Source: Cyanobacteriota bacterium (GTDB lineage: Bacteria; Cyanobacteriota; Cyanobacteriia; Thermostichales; Thermostichaceae). Taken from it: DNA of 64,000 bases. Shown here piece after piece: positions 61,696 through 64,000 of this stretch (its first letter is position 1; every line of letters begins with the position of its first letter). The notes beneath the pieces were generated by a model that did not search any database, was not told the origin of the DNA, and saw nothing but the letters and a program-made list of their open reading frames with translations. The stretch is taken from NCBI GenBank assembly GCA_033764955.1, contig JANRIL010000029.1:29878-93877 (forward strand), in the 5' to 3' direction. The position numbers were made by a program, and so were the translations under genes.

Positions 61696-62934
61696 GTGTC
61701 TGGCCTGCATGATCCCATCCCTATGAACTCCGAGACTCCTTTGATTGAAGAAGCGCCTGAACTGCATTTGCGCCCTGTCCAACTCAAGGATTTGGAGGCC
61801 GTGGAAGCTATTTTCGTGGAAGCTTTTACGGATGAATACGGACATCGCTCGGTGGATATTGGCAGCCAGATTCGTCGCCTGCGCCAATGGTATGGACCGA
61901 TCAAAATTCTGAGCGTTTTCCCTAACCGCTTTCAACATGTTTTCACCGTGCATGTGGCGGAACAGGGGGGCGAGATTAAAGGCGTGATCCAGGTTTCTCC
62001 TTTTAACCACTCCCGCAGCACGTGGCGAGTTGATCATCTGGCTGTAGCCAAATCCGCTCAGCGGCAAGGGATCGGCTCGCGTCTCCTGCGACACTGTATG
62101 GAGCATTTTCGGGAAGCCCGCACCTGGATCTTAGAAGTGAATATCCACAACAAAGGCGCGATGGCACTCTATCGAACCAATGGGTTTCAGCCCCTCGCCC
62201 AGATTACCTATTGGTCATTGCCCCCAGAGGTACTGACCGCCCTCAGCCAGCACGAGCCACACATCGCTCACTTGATGCCCGTCAGCAACCGCGATGCCTA
62301 TCTCATTTATCAGTTGGATACGGCCTCCATGCCACCGATTGTCCGGCAAGTTTATGACCGCCACGTCAGCGATTTCAAAGCCAGCCCCCTTGATTGGCTA
62401 ATCGAAACCGGCAAGCAATCCATCAGTAACAGCGAACGGCTGGAGTGGTATGTTTATGAGCCAGAACGCAAAGCAGCCATTGGCTACTTTAATCTGCGTC
62501 TCTCCCGCACCGGGCAGCAGCCTCATGTAGCTCGTTTGTCAGTGCACCCTGCCTACACCTGGCTCTATCCCGAATTGATGGCTCAGATGGCTCGCCTCAC
62601 CCAAGATTGCCCGCCCCAATCGCTGGCGTTAGCCTCCACCGACTATCAACCGGAACGGGAAGAATTTTTGATCAAGTTGGGGGCACACGATAGCGAGCGC
62701 ACCTTGTTGATGTCTCGCTCCGTCTGGCACAAATTGCGGGAAACTCGCCTCAGCTTTGATCAACTGCAACTCAACGCTGTCTTGCGTAGCCTGCAAGTTA
62801 ATCAGCCCTTACCGGAACGGATTGAAGCCGCTGGGACTGATTTTTGGCGAGATAGTTTTCCGGATGGGCAAGATCTCGGCAAGGGATCCGCCAACAACGA
62901 GGGATCCCGCCCTGGCGACCAACCCTCCCACTGA
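61696..62934 (+). CDS. GNAT family N-acetyltransferase (tandem GNAT-like)
   Basis: V...AQRQGIGSRLL acetyl-CoA motif A, N..A.ALY..NGF; start may be 61723. Confidence 0.88.
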   Translation: MSGLHDPIPMNSETPLIEEAPELHLRPVQLKDLEAVEAIFVEAFTDEYGHRSVDIGSQIRRLRQWYGPIKILSVFPNRFQHVFTVHVAEQGGEIKGVIQVSPFNHSRSTWRVDHLAVAKSAQRQGIGSRLLRHCMEHFREARTWILEVNIHNKGAMALYRTNGFQPLAQITYWSLPPEVLTALSQHEPHIAHLMPVSNRDAYLIYQLDTASMPPIVRQVYDRHVSDFKASPLDWLIETGKQSISNSERLEWYVYEPERKAAIGYFNLRLSRTGQQPHVARLSVHPAYTWLYPELMAQMARLTQDCPPQSLALASTDYQPEREEFLIKLGAHDSERTLLMSRSVWHKLRETRLSFDQLQLNAVLRSLQVNQPLPERIEAAGTDFWRDSFPDGQDLGKGSANNEGSRPGDQPSH

Positions 62935-63005
62935 CTCCTGCCGGCAACTTCCACTTAATCTTTCCATTCTCTTATGCTGGCAAGCCTTAGTTCCAACCCC
63001 GGTCA

Positions 63006-63656
63006 TTGATGAAACGCCTCAAGTCAGCCCTTCTGTTGCTCACACTGGTTGCTGTGCTGGCTACTGTTGTGGCGGCGCGAGTCCTCAGCAGATTGGATCC
63101 TGAGCAAATTCAAGCCTGGTTAGCCTCTGTCGGCTGGCTGGCTCCCGTGGGTTATATCGTGATTTATTTGGTGGCGACCGTTTTGGTCTTGCCCTCAACA
63201 GCTCTCAATTTGTTGGGGGGAGCTTTGTTTGGATTGTGGTGGGGCACCCTCTGGACGAGTCTGGCGGCGATAGTGGCGGCGATGGTCACTTTTGCGTTTA
63301 CTCGAACAATTGGCCGAGACTGGGTAGCGCAACGGTTGGCTGGCTGGCTAGGCAAACTGGACGGCGAGATGCAAGAGGCGGGATTGCTGTATATCATTGC
63401 TATCCGCTTAATGCCGATCTTTCCCTACGGGCTGGTCAATGCGGTAGCAGGGTTGACCGGGATCCCTTTTCGAGACTACTGGCTGGGTACGTTACTGGGT
63501 ACGGTTCCGGGAGTATTACCGTTTGTCTGGTTAGGGAGTTCAGGGTATCACGCTCTTCAAACCGGAAACGTCTGGCCTGTCTTGGCGGCTTTGGGTGTGA
63601 TTGGCCTACTGGTAGGGGGGGGTACCTACTATCGTCGTTCTCGCAAGCATGGATAG
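63006..63656 (+). CDS. TVP38/TMEM64 (DedA/SNARE-associated) membrane protein
   Basis: LPS..L.LLGGALFG...G, IRLMPIFPYGLVN..AGLT.I.FRDY..GT.LG. Confidence 0.9.
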   Translation: MMKRLKSALLLLTLVAVLATVVAARVLSRLDPEQIQAWLASVGWLAPVGYIVIYLVATVLVLPSTALNLLGGALFGLWWGTLWTSLAAIVAAMVTFAFTRTIGRDWVAQRLAGWLGKLDGEMQEAGLLYIIAIRLMPIFPYGLVNAVAGLTGIPFRDYWLGTLLGTVPGVLPFVWLGSSGYHALQTGNVWPVLAALGVIGLLVGGGTYYRRSRKHG

Positions 63657-63670
63657 CCCTAATCCAGATT

Positions 63671-64000
63671 TTATTGATGGTCTAGCCAGTCTGTCAGATC
63701 TCTGAGCGACCTAAAATCCAACAGAGCTTCACTAAGGTTTTCCAACTGTTCAATTGAGAGGGAGCGGATCCGGTTTTCCAGTTCAGCAGATAAAGATCCC
63801 TTCCCGTCAGCATCGGCTTGCCGAAATTTACGATGGAGCAAGCGCAGGGTGAGAGCTTGCCCTTCTTGTTGGATCCCTTGTTGGATCCCTTGTTGGATCC
63901 CTTGTTGGATCCCTTGTTGGATCCCTTGTTGGATCCCTTGTTGGATCCCTTGTTGGATCCCTTGTTGGATCCCTTGTTGGATCCCTTGTTGGATCCCTTG
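63671..64000 (-). CDS. C-terminus of DUF4351/Rpn-like protein (5' part outside window; not in ORF track)
   Basis: hand translation (QQGI)n-QQEGQALTLRLLHRKF...RIRSLSIEQLENLSEALLDFRSLRDLTDWLDHQ*. Confidence 0.85.
   Translation of the reverse strand, partial: QGIQQGIQQGIQQGIQQGIQQGIQQGIQQGIQQGIQQGIQQGIQQEGQALTLRLLHRKFRQADADGKGSLSAELENRIRSLSIEQLENLSEALLDFRSLRDLTDWLDHQ
63865..64000. repeat. perfect 12-bp tandem repeat (CTTGTTGGATCC) x11+, running off the window
   Basis: identical units read directly; encodes QQGI on the minus strand. Confidence 0.97.

Larger units (their letters stand above)
29..63467. repeat. dispersed highly iterated palindrome GGGATCCC (HIP1 variant)
   Basis: e.g. 29, 86, 985, 1081; about 17 copies counted by eye in the first 10 kb versus roughly 1 expected per 64 kb by chance. 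Confidence 0.93.

Noticed and set aside
63865..64000. Possible CRISPR array
   Set aside because: Contiguous 12-bp units without spacers; in-frame coding repeat; no cas genes

Overview
A 64-kb chromosomal window from a cyanobacterium. It is inferred to be an early-branching Thermostichus / hot-spring Synechococcus type, because the palindrome GGGATCCC occurs at about 1-2 per kb in place of canonical HIP1 and EF-G carries a long G-domain insert. The core genes are the tail of the ribosomal cluster (rplQ-truA-rplM-rpsI-rpmE-prfA), ilvB, metG, ado-aar, folC, the str operon (rpsL-rpsG-fusA-tuf-rpsJ), dapB, treS and raf1. The main accessory feature is a ~17-kb, partly AT-rich, all-minus-strand 13-gene cassette (15.9-32.4 kb). 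It combines a partner-switching module (3 PP2C/SpoIIE phosphatases with different sensor domains, 2 RsbW-type kinases, 2 STAS proteins, no sigma factor) with GlgX, a CGTase-like GH13-CBM20 enzyme, an AGE-family epimerase, DJ-1/PfpI, a cupin and an ankyrin protein. It looks like an expanded version of the Synechocystis icfG cluster, and an imperfect 18-bp inverted repeat lies at its two edges. Smaller observations: a 53-aa lipoprotein ORF absent from the ORF track, an NtcA-type box before an orphan NMT1-like binding protein, a TreS-fused maltokinase with a broken DFE motif, a degenerate DacB-like protein, two unrelated binding proteins sharing an N-terminal anchor, an IS1 remnant with nested micro-insertions, and a perfect 12-bp (QQGI)n repeat in a DUF4351 gene at the right edge. 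No rRNA, tRNA or CRISPR array was seen. All calls come from reading motifs by eye; no database searches were run.
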